A stretch of 64,000 nucleotides of DNA, from contig OY970204.1 in the NCBI GenBank assembly GCA_963708315.1, forward strand, positions 954,272-1,018,271, written 5' to 3'. Positions within the stretch are counted from its first letter, which is position 1. Each line of letters starts with the position of its first letter. Position numbers and translations under genes: made by a program. Under the pieces are notes generated by a model, which was not told the origin of the DNA, did no database searches, and worked only from the letters and a program-made list of their open reading frames with translations. This document shows positions 28,482-38,298 of this stretch, piece after piece. This DNA is from an uncultured Solirubrobacterales bacterium (lineage in GTDB: Bacteria > Actinomycetota > Thermoleophilia > Solirubrobacterales > Solirubrobacteraceae).

Positions 28482-30377
28482 ATGGCACGCCTGACCGAGC
28501 GAGGACTGCGGCGATCCGTCGGCGTTTCCGGCCTGTTCGCCACCGCCTACGGCAACGTCGGCTCCTCGATCTATTACGCGCTCGGGCTCGTCGCCTACTA
28601 CGCGCTCGGGCTTACCCCGGTCGTGTTCATGTTCGCGGGCGGGCTGTTCGTACTCACGGCCAAGACGTATGCCGAGGGCGCCTCGATGTTTCCCGAGGCC
28701 GGCGGCTCCTCCTCGTTCGCGCGTCATGCCTTCAACGACGTTGTCTCGTTCTTCGCCGGCTGGGCGCTGAGCCTCGACTACATCATCACGATCGCCATCT
28801 CGGCGTTCTTCGTGCCCCACTACCTGGGGGCGTTCTTCCCGAGCCTCACGCACAACCCGGGCGACATCATTGGCGGGCTGATCACGATCGTGCTGCTCGC
28901 CGCGCTCAACATTCGCGGCCTGGGGGAGTCGGCCAAACTCAACCTGTTCCTCGCCGTCGCCGACCTCTGCACGCAGGTGCTGCTCGTCGGGCTCGGCGCC
29001 GTGCTCGTGCTCAATCCCTCGCTGCTCGTCGACCAGGTCCACCTCGGCACGGCTCCCACCTGGCACAACCTGATCTTCGCGCTGTCGGTGGCGATGGTCG
29101 CCTACACCGGCATCGAGACCGTCTCGAACATGGCCGAGGAGGCGAAGGACCCCGGTCACGACGTACCGAAGGCGGTCAACCTCGTGCTGATCGCCGTGCT
29201 CGGCGTCTACGCCGGCATCTCCGTCGTCGCACTGTCCGCGCTGCCGGTCGTGCATACCGTCCACGGTTACGCCACCGAACTGGGCACGACCTACGAAAAC
29301 GACCCCGTGCTCGGCATCGTCAGGCACCTGGGCCTGCACGGCACGGTGCTGAAACTCGCCCAGGACTACGTCGGCGTGCTCGCCGCCACGATCCTCTTCA
29401 TCGCCACCAACGCCGGGCTGATCGGCATCTCGCGATTGTCGTGGTCGCTGGCCGAGCACCGCCAGCTGCCGAGCATCTTCTCGCAGCTGCACCCCAAGTT
29501 CCGCACCCCGTGGTTCACGATCGTGTTCTTCTCGATCATCGCCGCGCTCTTGATCCTGCCGGGCGAAACGAAACTGCTCGGCAACCTCTACTCGTTCGGG
29601 GCGATGCTCTCCTTCACGACCGCCCACGTCGCGGTCGTCGCGCTGCGCGTGAAGGAGCCCGACCGCGAACGCCCCTACCGGATGCCCTGGAACGTGCGCA
29701 TCCGCGGCGCGGACATCCCGATGACCGCCGTGATCGGCGCGATCGGCACGTTTGGCGCGTGGTGTGCGGTCGTCGCGCTGCACACCGAGGCGCGCACGAT
29801 CGGCATCCCCTGGATGCTCGCGGGGATGGCCGGCTACTTCTACTACCGCCACCGCCAGGGCCTCGACCCCTACAAGAGCTACCGCATCGCCCGCGAGGAG
29901 CGCCCGCCGGACTTTCACGAGCTCGACTACCGCACCGCGCTCGTGCCGATCTTCGGCTCGGACGTCTCTGCCTCGGCGCTGTCCTCCGCGGCCAAGCTGA
30001 TCGGCGAAGACGGCGTCGTCTACGCGATCTTCGTGCTGCCCGTCCCCAGCCAGCTCTCCCTGGACTCGGGCCTTGAGGAGGAGGAGGCGCAGGGGCGCTC
30101 GGCGCTTGAGTCCGCGCGCATCAAGGCGCGGCGCGCGGGCATCAAGATCCACACCGGCCTGATCCGCACGCGCAACCCCGGCTCGGCGCTCGTTGACGAA
30201 GCGATCCGGGTCGGCTCGGACGTGATCTACTGGTCGACGCTCCACGCCCCCGCGGGCGAGCAGCGGATCGGCCCGACCGCGGCCTATCTGCTCGCCAAGC
30301 GCCCCTGTCGTGTGATCATCGAGACCCAGAACCGGCCCGCGCGCGCCAAGCCCGAGCCCGAACCCGCGCCAGCGTAA
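28482..30377 (+). CDS. APC-family amino acid permease fused to a C-terminal universal stress protein (Usp) domain
   Basis: GNVGSSIYY, YAEGASMFPEAGG, AYTGIETVSNMAEE, about 12 TM helices; Usp-like C-terminus ALVP...IGPTAAYLLAKRPCRVII. Confidence 0.88.
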   Translation: MARLTERGLRRSVGVSGLFATAYGNVGSSIYYALGLVAYYALGLTPVVFMFAGGLFVLTAKTYAEGASMFPEAGGSSSFARHAFNDVVSFFAGWALSLDYIITIAISAFFVPHYLGAFFPSLTHNPGDIIGGLITIVLLAALNIRGLGESAKLNLFLAVADLCTQVLLVGLGAVLVLNPSLLVDQVHLGTAPTWHNLIFALSVAMVAYTGIETVSNMAEEAKDPGHDVPKAVNLVLIAVLGVYAGISVVALSALPVVHTVHGYATELGTTYENDPVLGIVRHLGLHGTVLKLAQDYVGVLAATILFIATNAGLIGISRLSWSLAEHRQLPSIFSQLHPKFRTPWFTIVFFSIIAALLILPGETKLLGNLYSFGAMLSFTTAHVAVVALRVKEPDRERPYRMPWNVRIRGADIPMTAVIGAIGTFGAWCAVVALHTEARTIGIPWMLAGMAGYFYYRHRQGLDPYKSYRIAREERPPDFHELDYRTALVPIFGSDVSASALSSAAKLIGEDGVVYAIFVLPVPSQLSLDSGLEEEEAQGRSALESARIKARRAGIKIHTGLIRTRNPGSALVDEAIRVGSDVIYWSTLHAPAGEQRIGPTAAYLLAKRPCRVIIETQNRPARAKPEPEPAPA

Positions 30378-30392
30378 GCAGGGGAGGGGTCC

Positions 30393-32222
30393 TCAGCCCG
30401 CGCTGGTGGGCTGCAGCAGCCCCAGCACGAAGCGCAGCCGTTCCATGCCCCCGCCGAGGCTCTTGCCTCCGCCCGCCAGTGTCGTCGCGTTGCGCAGGTA
30501 GGGCACGAACTTGGAGATCGTCGGGTCTTCGCCGAGGCCGACGCCTTCGAGCAGGCTCAGCAGCGTCGCGAAGTTGACCTGAAGGCTCGGCTTGATCCCT
30601 TCCCCGAGCGCGCTCTGCGCGGCGGTGTAGGCGGCCGAGCCGGACATCGTGCTCGACGGGTTCAACGCGCCCGTGATCGAGGATTCGCCGAGGCCCATCA
30701 CGAACTTCGCCTGCCCGCTCGCCGAGCGCCCATCGGCGATCACGAGCGTCACCGGCAGTCCCTGCACCTTCGCTTCGATCGCCGCTTCGGTCCCCGGAAT
30801 CGTCGCGGGGCTGGCTTCGGCGCCCGCTTCGTTCAGGGCGCTCGCGAGCTTGCCGACGGCCGCGCGCGAGGCCGTCGGGTTCGTGGAGTCGATCACCGCC
30901 GCGGCCTTCAGTTCGAGGATCGTCGTCCCGCTCGCGAACACGCCCACGTCACCCATCCAGCTGGTGAAGTCACGCCGGGCCTGCGCCGTGTTCGCGCTCA
31001 ACGCCTTCAGCGGCGTAAGGATCCCTTCGAGGATGCCCGAGATGCTCAGCGTCACCTGCGCGGAGGACGGCGCCAGTGGCCCTGCGCCTGATCCGGAAGT
31101 GAGCGTGCTCACCAGTGACAGGAGGTTGTGTAGCCCGCTCAGTCCGCTGCCGAGCGAGCCGCCGACGTTGCCCAGGCCGGCGGCCAGCCACGATTCGCCC
31201 GGTAGTTCGCCGAGCGCGCCGGCGCCCGTCGCGAGCGCGCCGACGAGGCCGCCGCTTGACTTGGCGGCGCCCGCGGGCGCCGGACCGATGTCGGCGTCGA
31301 TCGCAAGCGTCTTCGCGGAGGGCACGAGCGAGACGTTCAACGGGCGCGTCCCTCCGAGCGCGGTGAGCAGCGCCGGCAGCGACTGCGCGCCTTCTGAGCC
31401 GCCGCTCGCCGCCTTCGCGATGTGAGCCTTCGTCAGCGCTCCCGGGTTCGCGTACACGTGCCCCAGCGCGCCGGACGGCGCGACCGACTGCAGCTGTGAG
31501 TAGGTCCCGTTGCCCTTCAGCGAGGACCCGCTCTGGGTCGTGTCGATGACCGCGCGCACGCCCGACGCCGAGCCGAGCACGACGAGCTTGTCGATCACCG
31601 CGAACGCGTCCCCGCTCGCGGTGGCCTGGTAGGAGACGCCCTTGTAGCTGGTCGTCTGCGCGCCCGCGTGCGCGGCCTGCGTGGAGACGAACTTTTCGGC
31701 CTTCGTCAGATCGCTCGTGTCGAGCACGATCGCGCCCTGTCCCCCTTCGTTCGCCGCGAACGGCCACTGCGTGCCCGAGCCTCCACCGATCAGTCCCTGT
31801 TGGAGCAACCCCGTCAAGCCTTCGGTCGATCCGAGCGCCGTAAAGAACAGCCCCGCGTTTTCGCCCAGCCACGGCGCGACGTCGCGGCTGAAGTCAAGCG
31901 TGGGGGAACCAGGCGTCTGCAGCACGCTCAGCAGGCGGGTGTAGGGGTTCTTCTGGCCCGTCAGCGTATGCCCGGCCGCGAGCGCTTCGTTCTTGAGAGC
32001 GCCGTCCGGGCGCACGACCGCGCCGATATACACGGGCGCGTAAGACGGGACGACCCCGGCGGGATCGGCTTTCGTGCCGGTCGAGGAGCTGGAGCCACAC
32101 CCCGCGAGCGCGCCGGCGAGCGCGACGAGCAGGACGGCGAGCGCGGTGAGCGCGCGACCCGCGGCGCGACCCCGTTTGTCTGCCCGCTCTCGTTCCCGTC
32201 GCTGCCCCAGCTCGACCCGCAT
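30393..32222 (-). CDS. DUF3352-like lipoprotein
   Basis: Lipobox LAGC; DPAGVVP..APVY, DFSRDVAPWLG, SYKGVSY; TACGAT 6 nt before ATG. Confidence 0.7.
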   Translation of the reverse strand: MRVELGQRRERERADKRGRAAGRALTALAVLLVALAGALAGCGSSSSTGTKADPAGVVPSYAPVYIGAVVRPDGALKNEALAAGHTLTGQKNPYTRLLSVLQTPGSPTLDFSRDVAPWLGENAGLFFTALGSTEGLTGLLQQGLIGGGSGTQWPFAANEGGQGAIVLDTSDLTKAEKFVSTQAAHAGAQTTSYKGVSYQATASGDAFAVIDKLVVLGSASGVRAVIDTTQSGSSLKGNGTYSQLQSVAPSGALGHVYANPGALTKAHIAKAASGGSEGAQSLPALLTALGGTRPLNVSLVPSAKTLAIDADIGPAPAGAAKSSGGLVGALATGAGALGELPGESWLAAGLGNVGGSLGSGLSGLHNLLSLVSTLTSGSGAGPLAPSSAQVTLSISGILEGILTPLKALSANTAQARRDFTSWMGDVGVFASGTTILELKAAAVIDSTNPTASRAAVGKLASALNEAGAEASPATIPGTEAAIEAKVQGLPVTLVIADGRSASGQAKFVMGLGESSITGALNPSSTMSGSAAYTAAQSALGEGIKPSLQVNFATLLSLLEGVGLGEDPTISKFVPYLRNATTLAGGGKSLGGGMERLRFVLGLLQPTSAG

Positions 32223-32382
32223 CAGCCGATCGTATCCGCAACGCACGATGCACCCACCCGGTTTGCACGCCGGATTGCACGAATCGGGCGGCTCGGCGGT
32301 CTCGCGGGCGGGCGCCGAACCCGGTGGAAAAGCGGCGTGAGGAAAGGCTTTTCGCCGATTTCGACGGTCCTGGGGCAGGGTT

Positions 32383-32435
32383 GTGGGAAAAAATGTGCAA
32401 TTAGGGTTGCGTTGTGGGGGAAAGTGGGGTAACTT
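32383..32435 (+). promoter_or_regulatory. mraZ promoter with MraZ boxes
   Basis: TTGCGT(32407)-N17-TAACTT(32430); GTGGG repeats at 32414 and 32424 (10-bp spacing) and at 32383. Confidence 0.7.
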
Positions 32436-32543
32436 GCCGGAAGCGAGCCGAGGTGGAGGGGCTCCTCCCACTCCTCCACCCCGGCTCGGTAATCACCCCG
32501 ACGAGCAGCCCTCTTCCGACCAGCACAAGAAGTCCTCTCCCTC

Positions 32544-32981
32544 ATGGTCCACTTCCGCGGCACCTTCGACCACACGCTCGACGCCAAGAACCGCCTCACG
32601 GTCCCGGCTCGCTATCGCGCCGCGCTCTCGGAGGGAGTCGTGCTGGCGATGCCCGTCGACCTGAAGCCCTGCGTGGGCGTGTGGCGTCCGGAGGAGTACG
32701 AGCGCTACACCCAGCGCGCGCTCGCCGAGCTTCCTCCCCTGTCTTCGCGCCTGACCGAGCTGGAGCGCTTCTTCTACGGCAGCTCCCACGACGCCGACCT
32801 CGACGCCGCCGGGCGGATCATGGTGCCCTCGTTTTTGGGCGAGCACGCGGGCCTGACGAAGGAGGTCGTCGTCGTCGGCGTCGGCGATCGCCTGGAGCTG
32901 TGGGATCGCGGCGCCTGGAACGACCATCGACCCACCCTCCTGGGGGGCGTCGCGGAGATCACCGCCCGTGTTGACGAGTGA
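32544..32981 (+). CDS. mraZ: Division/cell-wall cluster repressor MraZ
   Basis: FRGTFDHTLDAKNRLTVP, LDAAGRIMVP, GVGDRLELW. Confidence 0.95.
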   Translation: MVHFRGTFDHTLDAKNRLTVPARYRAALSEGVVLAMPVDLKPCVGVWRPEEYERYTQRALAELPPLSSRLTELERFFYGSSHDADLDAAGRIMVPSFLGEHAGLTKEVVVVGVGDRLELWDRGAWNDHRPTLLGGVAEITARVDE

Positions 32982-33038
32982 GATCACGAGCCCCTGAACC
33001 CACCGCCTATCGTGATGCCCACCCTAACCCTTGACAAG

Positions 33039-34103
33039 ATGACCACCTCGACGCACATCCCGGTGCTCGCCGGCGAGCTGATCGACCTGCTCGACCCGCG
33101 GCCCGGGCAGACCGCGATCGACTGCACCTTCGGCGGCGGCGGCCACGCGCAGCTGATCGCCGAGCGCCTCGGCTCCGAGGGCACGCTGATCGCGATCGAC
33201 CGTGACCCCCACGCGCGCGAGCGCTTCGAGGAACTCGCCGGCGAGGTCGCCTGCACGGTGCGCTTCATCCGCGCCGGCTACGCGCAGGCGCTGGCGGAGT
33301 TGGCGCAGGAGGGCGTGCGCGCTGATGCCGTCTACTTCGACTTGGGGATGTCTTCGATGCAGGTCGACGCGCGCGAGCGCGGGTTCTCCTACTCATTCCA
33401 GGCGCCGCTCGACATGCGCATGGACCCCGACCAGGAGCTCACCGCGCGCGAGGTAGTCGCCAGCTGGGACGAGCGTCAGCTGGCCCGCGCGCTGCGCGAC
33501 TTCGGCGAGGAGCGCCACGCCGCCGCGATCGCCCGCGCGATCGTGCGCCGCCGCGAGCAGTCGCCGATCGACACCACCCAGAATCTGGTCGAGACGATCG
33601 TCGCCGCGATCCCCGTGCCCGCGCGTTTCGCCGGCGGCCACCCCGCCAAGCGCTCCTTCCAGGCGCTGCGCATCGCCGTCAACGACGAGCTGCAGCAGCT
33701 GGACGAGGCATTGCCGCTCGCGTGGGATCTTTTGCGCGACGGCGGCGTGCTCGCCGGAATCTCCTTCCACTCGCTCGAGGACCGCCGCGTCAAGCGCTTC
33801 ATGGCCGCCCGCGCGCAGGGCTGCATCTGCCCGCCCGACCTGCCCGTCTGCGGGTGCGGACGTACGCCCGAGGCCACCTTGCTGACGCGCCGCTCGATCG
33901 TGCCCTCCGCCGGGGAGATCGCCTCCAACCCGCGTTCCTCCTCCGCGCGCCTGCGCGCCGCCCGCAAGCTGGGGGGCGACGTATCGTCGGCGTCAGCGTC
34001 CTCTTCCTCGCCCGCGCCCGAGCAGGCGCCCGGCGACCCGTTCCCGAAGTCCTCCGCGCGACGCGCCGCGCGCAGGCGCGGCGAGCACGGGGGCAGGCGA
34101 TGA
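33039..34103 (+). CDS. rsmH: 16S rRNA m4C1402 methyltransferase
   Basis: HIPVL, DCTFGGGGH, DLGMSSMQVD..RGFS, PLDMRM, FQALRIAVN, ISFHSLEDR, NPRS.SARLR. Confidence 0.95.
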   Translation: MTTSTHIPVLAGELIDLLDPRPGQTAIDCTFGGGGHAQLIAERLGSEGTLIAIDRDPHARERFEELAGEVACTVRFIRAGYAQALAELAQEGVRADAVYFDLGMSSMQVDARERGFSYSFQAPLDMRMDPDQELTAREVVASWDERQLARALRDFGEERHAAAIARAIVRRREQSPIDTTQNLVETIVAAIPVPARFAGGHPAKRSFQALRIAVNDELQQLDEALPLAWDLLRDGGVLAGISFHSLEDRRVKRFMAARAQGCICPPDLPVCGCGRTPEATLLTRRSIVPSAGEIASNPRSSSARLRAARKLGGDVSSASASSSSPAPEQAPGDPFPKSSARRAARRRGEHGGRR

Positions 34104-34912
34104 CCCCGCCGCCCGGAGCGGCCGCCGCTACGGCTGCTCCTGCGATCCACCCCCGCCGCGCGCCGCTGGCGCCCGCCCCACGCCCACGCCGCCCCCGGCG
34201 CGTATCGGGCCCCGCCAAGTCTTCTCCCGCGCCCGCGCGCCGCGCCGCGCCGTCGCGCAACCCGGCGACGGTCATCACCACGCACCCCCTGTTCGATCGC
34301 CTGATTCACGGGCGCGCGTGGATCGGGCTCGTCACCTTCGCGCTGATCGGGATCGTCACGATGCAGCTCGGTCTGTTGAAGCTGAACGCCGGCATCGGGC
34401 GCGCGCTCGAGCACGAGGGCGCGCTGCAGCGCGAAAACTCCGCCCTCAGCGTCGAAAACTCCGAAGTCGCCGCCGGCGACACCGTCGAGCTGCAGGCCGC
34501 GCACATGGGCATGCAGCTCGTCCCCGCCGGATCACTTAAGTTCCTCTCCGCGCAGGGGTCCCAGTCGCAGATCGGCAAGGCCGTCGCCGCGCTGAGCGCA
34601 CGGGCCAGCGTTACCGCCACCGCTTCGACGTCGAGCGAAGCCTCGTCGTCGTCCGAATCCGAAGCGTCCTCCTCATCGGCCACCGGCGAAAGCGAAGCGA
34701 GCAGCTCCACGGGCACGAGCGGCGGCGAAGAAACCTCCTCCAACACGGCCTCTTCGGAAACGAGTCAGACGAGCACGAGCGCATCGAGCGAAGCGCCCGC
34801 GAGCAGCGAACACACGACGAGCGGGGCCGAAAGCGGCGCGAGCGAAGTAGCCGCCTCCACACCCGCACCGAGCGGCGAATCCGGCGGCGCATCGGCGACC
34901 CCGGGGGGTTAG
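34100..34912 (+). CDS. ftsL: FtsL-like division protein with long Ser/Glu-rich tail
   Basis: Between rsmH and ftsI; basic N-terminus, single TM, coiled coil, A...GM motif. Confidence 0.7.
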   Translation: MTPPPGAAAATAAPAIHPRRAPLAPAPRPRRPRRVSGPAKSSPAPARRAAPSRNPATVITTHPLFDRLIHGRAWIGLVTFALIGIVTMQLGLLKLNAGIGRALEHEGALQRENSALSVENSEVAAGDTVELQAAHMGMQLVPAGSLKFLSAQGSQSQIGKAVAALSARASVTATASTSSEASSSSESEASSSSATGESEASSSTGTSGGEETSSNTASSETSQTSTSASSEAPASSEHTTSGAESGASEVAASTPAPSGESGGASATPGG

Positions 34913-34915
34913 CCG

Positions 34916-36577
34916 GTGGCCACCGTCCAGCACCGGATTGGGGTCATCTTCGCGCTGTTCTTCCTACTGCTCGCGCTCGCCGCCGCGCGTACCCTGTATT
35001 TGGGGACGGTGCGCGCGGGAACGCTGCGCAAAGCCGCCCAGACCCAGCAGCTCACCAACGAAACGCTGCCCGCTCAGCGCGGCACGATCGTCGACCGCAA
35101 CGGCGTCGACCTCGCCGTTTCCGAGCCCGCGCAGGACATCGCGGCCGACCCCTACCTCGTCAAGGACCCGCTGCAGGCCGCGCAAAAACTCGCGCCGCCG
35201 CTCGGCCAGCCCCAGGCGCAGATCCTGGCGAAGCTCAGCGAACGCCGTGGCTTCGTCTACCTCGCGCGCGCGCTCCCGGCCCGCCAGGCGCGCGCGGTGA
35301 GCGCTTTGAAGCTCGAAGGTATCTCCGGCACGCCGGTGATGCGCCGCGTGTACCCGCGCGGGACGCTCGCCGCGCAGGTGCTCGGGTTCGTCGGCACCGA
35401 AGGCAAGGGCCTGTCGGGGCTCGAGTATTCGCAGGCGACCCTGCTCAAGGGCACGGCGGGGGAGCGGCATACGATCAGCGACGCGCGCGGCCAGCCGATC
35501 TCGATCGCCAACGTGCACACCGAGAAACCGGGCGCCACGCTCACCCTCACGCTCGACGCCAACATCCAGCAGCGCGCCGAAGACGTGCTCGGCGCGGTGG
35601 GACGTGTGTTCGCCCCCAAAGACGCCACGGCGATAGTCATCAACCCTCGCACCGGCGCGCTGCTCGCGGTCGCCAACTGGCCGCAGGTGAATGCCGACGA
35701 CCCCGCGGCCTCCTCCCAGGCGGCACTTGAGGACAGAGCGGTCGGCTTCGCCTACGAACCGGGCTCCACCTTCAAGGCGTTCACCGTCTCCGGCGCGCTG
35801 CAGCAGGGCCTGATCACCCCCACCAGCGGCTTCAACGTCCCCGACCAGATTCAGGTCGCCGACCGCACGATCCACGACGACACCGAACACGGCGACGAGA
35901 CTCTCTCGACCGCCGAAATCCTCGCCCAATCCAGCAACGTCGGCGCGATCCAGATCGGCAAACTGGAGGGCGCCTCCAACTTCAACACCTGGGTCCACCG
36001 CTTCGGCTTCGGCGCCCCCACGGGCGTCGAACTCCCGGGTGAGGAACAGGGCGTCACCTTGCCTCTCTCCAAATACTCCGGCTCCTCAATGGGCAACCTC
36101 CCGATCGGCCAGGGCGAGCTAGTGACGCCGATGCAGATGGTCGCCGCCTACTCCGCCATCGCCAACGGCGGCATCCTGCGCCGCCCCCACATCATCGGCG
36201 CGGTCAACGGCCGCCTGCGCCGGACTCCGTACGGGCACCGCGTGATCTCCGCCACAACCGCCGCGCAGCTGCGCACGATGCTGGAGGGTGTGCTTGCGCC
36301 CGGTGGCACCGCCCACGAGGTCTCGGTCCCCGGCTACCAGCTCGCGGGCAAGACGGGCACCGCGAGCAAGATCGATCCGGCCACGGGCGAATACTCAAAA
36401 AGCGCCTACGTGGCCTCGTTCGTGGGCTTCGCGCCCGCGTCCGACCCGAAGCTGCTGTGCGCGGTGATAGTGGACGAACCCCAGTCCGGCTCGATCTTTG
36501 GCGGCACCGTCGCCGCGCCGGCGTTTGGCCAGATCATGAGCTTCGCATTGCCGTATTTGCGTATACCGCCTGGGTAA
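34916..36577 (+). CDS. ftsI: Class B penicillin-binding protein FtsI
   Basis: RGTIVDRNG, RVYP, GLE, EPGSTFK (SxxK), SSN, GKTGT; no PASTA domains. Confidence 0.92.
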   Translation: MATVQHRIGVIFALFFLLLALAAARTLYLGTVRAGTLRKAAQTQQLTNETLPAQRGTIVDRNGVDLAVSEPAQDIAADPYLVKDPLQAAQKLAPPLGQPQAQILAKLSERRGFVYLARALPARQARAVSALKLEGISGTPVMRRVYPRGTLAAQVLGFVGTEGKGLSGLEYSQATLLKGTAGERHTISDARGQPISIANVHTEKPGATLTLTLDANIQQRAEDVLGAVGRVFAPKDATAIVINPRTGALLAVANWPQVNADDPAASSQAALEDRAVGFAYEPGSTFKAFTVSGALQQGLITPTSGFNVPDQIQVADRTIHDDTEHGDETLSTAEILAQSSNVGAIQIGKLEGASNFNTWVHRFGFGAPTGVELPGEEQGVTLPLSKYSGSSMGNLPIGQGELVTPMQMVAAYSAIANGGILRRPHIIGAVNGRLRRTPYGHRVISATTAAQLRTMLEGVLAPGGTAHEVSVPGYQLAGKTGTASKIDPATGEYSKSAYVASFVGFAPASDPKLLCAVIVDEPQSGSIFGGTVAAPAFGQIMSFALPYLRIPPG

Positions 36578-36817
36578 TGGTGGCCGACTCGTCGAGTCCA
36601 GACTGGGCTTGCGGGTAATCAGCTACGCAACCGCTTCGTATGGCGACAAGCGGCTTGTGGCTTGCTGGCATATGGGTCTGTCGAGTAGAGGTTTGCCCAC
36701 GTGGACGGCCGGTCGGCGACCGGCTACGGGGATAAGCTGCAATCCAGGCAGCTGCTGGGAAGTCCCTCGTTTTGGCGTTCGAGTTGCTCCCTAGAGGTCC
36801 CCGAACCAAGGGGGGAC

Positions 36818-36846
36818 TTGACATTTGTTTCCACTGCGGCTATGTT
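36818..36846 (+). promoter_or_regulatory. Sigma70-type promoter upstream of the TetR gene
   Basis: TTGACA-N17-TATGTT. Confidence 0.6.
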
Positions 36847-37027
36847 GTTCCAGGCCGGTGGAGTTCTGAGCCACTGGGCGTACATAGATCGGGTTCGGGT
36901 CCACCTATCTTGGGGGACCCGGGTAGAGCATTAGAGGTTTCCCTTTGGAGAGGGTGCCTGAATCGCTTCGATGAGGGAGCTGTTTTCGCGTGGGTCAATT
37001 GGGGACATACGTGGTGGGGGTTGCCGC

Positions 37028-38167
37028 ATGCCAAAAACGGTCATGCCCGCCAATCAACGGATCGGCGGCGTGATGTCATCGCGCGCACCCACACGTCCAC
37101 GCGGACGTGTGAAAACGTCGGCCCGCCCGCGCACCGCTCCCGAAGCGCCGCGCGCACGGGTGGTGGAGATCCAGCGCGCGCGGATGCTCGGCGCCGCCCT
37201 GAACGTCGTGGACGAGCTGGGCTACCCGAGCGCCACGGTCGCGCACGTGACCTCCCGCGCGGGTGTTTCTCGGCGCACCTTCTATGACGTTTTCGACAAT
37301 CGCGAGGACTGCCTGCTCGCGGCGCTGGAGAGCGTCGTGGAGCGGATCGACGATGAGCTATCCGCTCTGAACTTCGACGCGCTTTCCTGGCGCGAGGGTG
37401 TACGCGCTGGATTGTGGACGATCCTCTCCTTCTTCGACCGCGAGCCCGTGCTCGCGCGGGTTTGCGTGGTGCAGGCGCTGCGCGGCGGACCGCGCGTGCT
37501 GGAGCGTCGCGAGCAGGTGCTCGCAGGGCTCGCACACGCCGTCGATGAGGGCCGCGAGGAGAACGACAAAGGCCGGGCCTGCCCTTCGCTGATGGCCGAT
37601 GGTCTCGTCGGCGCGGCGTTCGGGATCGTCTACGGGCGGCTGCTCAGAGATGAGCGCGCACCGCTCACCGACCTGTTTGGGGAATTGATGGGAATGATCG
37701 TGCTTCCGTACCTCGGGCCGGCGATCGCACGCAACGAGCAGACGCGCGCGATGCCCGCCTCTTCAGGACCGAGCGCGCCGGGTGTGAATGAGGGGTATGA
37801 CCGCGATCCCCTCGTGGATTTGCCGATGCGCTTGACGTATCGCACGGCGCGGGTGCTCGAAGTCCTCGTGACCTGTCCCAATGCCTCCAACCGCGTTGTG
37901 GGTGAGCGCTCGGGAGTGTCGGATCAGGGCCAGATTTCGCGGTTGTTGGCGCGCTTGGAGCGGCTCGGCCTTGCGCAGAACACGGGGGCGGGCCATATCC
38001 GTGGTGAGGCTAATGCTTGGACGCTCACCGCGACCGGTAGACGTGTCGCGCAGAGCATCGGCGCTCATGTCGGTGGAGAAACAGCGGTGGGACAGACTCC
38101 AGATTTGGCCGGTGTCGCACCAGTCCGCGAGCACGCCCGGTCACAGCACGAGCAGGGGGGTCGCTGA
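37028..38167 (+). CDS. TetR-family regulator with an additional C-terminal winged HTH (start uncertain)
   Basis: QRARML...GY...TVAHV..RAGVSRRTFY..F; C-terminal MRLTYRT.RVL...SNR...DQGQISRLLARLERLGL...NAWTLT. Confidence 0.82.
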   Translation: MPKTVMPANQRIGGVMSSRAPTRPRGRVKTSARPRTAPEAPRARVVEIQRARMLGAALNVVDELGYPSATVAHVTSRAGVSRRTFYDVFDNREDCLLAALESVVERIDDELSALNFDALSWREGVRAGLWTILSFFDREPVLARVCVVQALRGGPRVLERREQVLAGLAHAVDEGREENDKGRACPSLMADGLVGAAFGIVYGRLLRDERAPLTDLFGELMGMIVLPYLGPAIARNEQTRAMPASSGPSAPGVNEGYDRDPLVDLPMRLTYRTARVLEVLVTCPNASNRVVGERSGVSDQGQISRLLARLERLGLAQNTGAGHIRGEANAWTLTATGRRVAQSIGAHVGGETAVGQTPDLAGVAPVREHARSQHEQGGR

Positions 38168-38298
38168 GAATGTCCGCGCGCACGTGCTCAAACACTTGTT
38201 CTTTTTCTTGCCACGGGCCATATGCCCGCGGCGGTCTTGTCACACCCGCGGTCCCGCGGGTTTTGTGTGGATCGCGTCTCTAGGAGGGGATCGTCTTG

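Noticed and set aside
38238-38270. TGTCACA as an ECF41-type -35 element
   Set aside because: The expected CGTC -10 is absent at 16-bp spacing; the sequence is better seen as a simple hairpin
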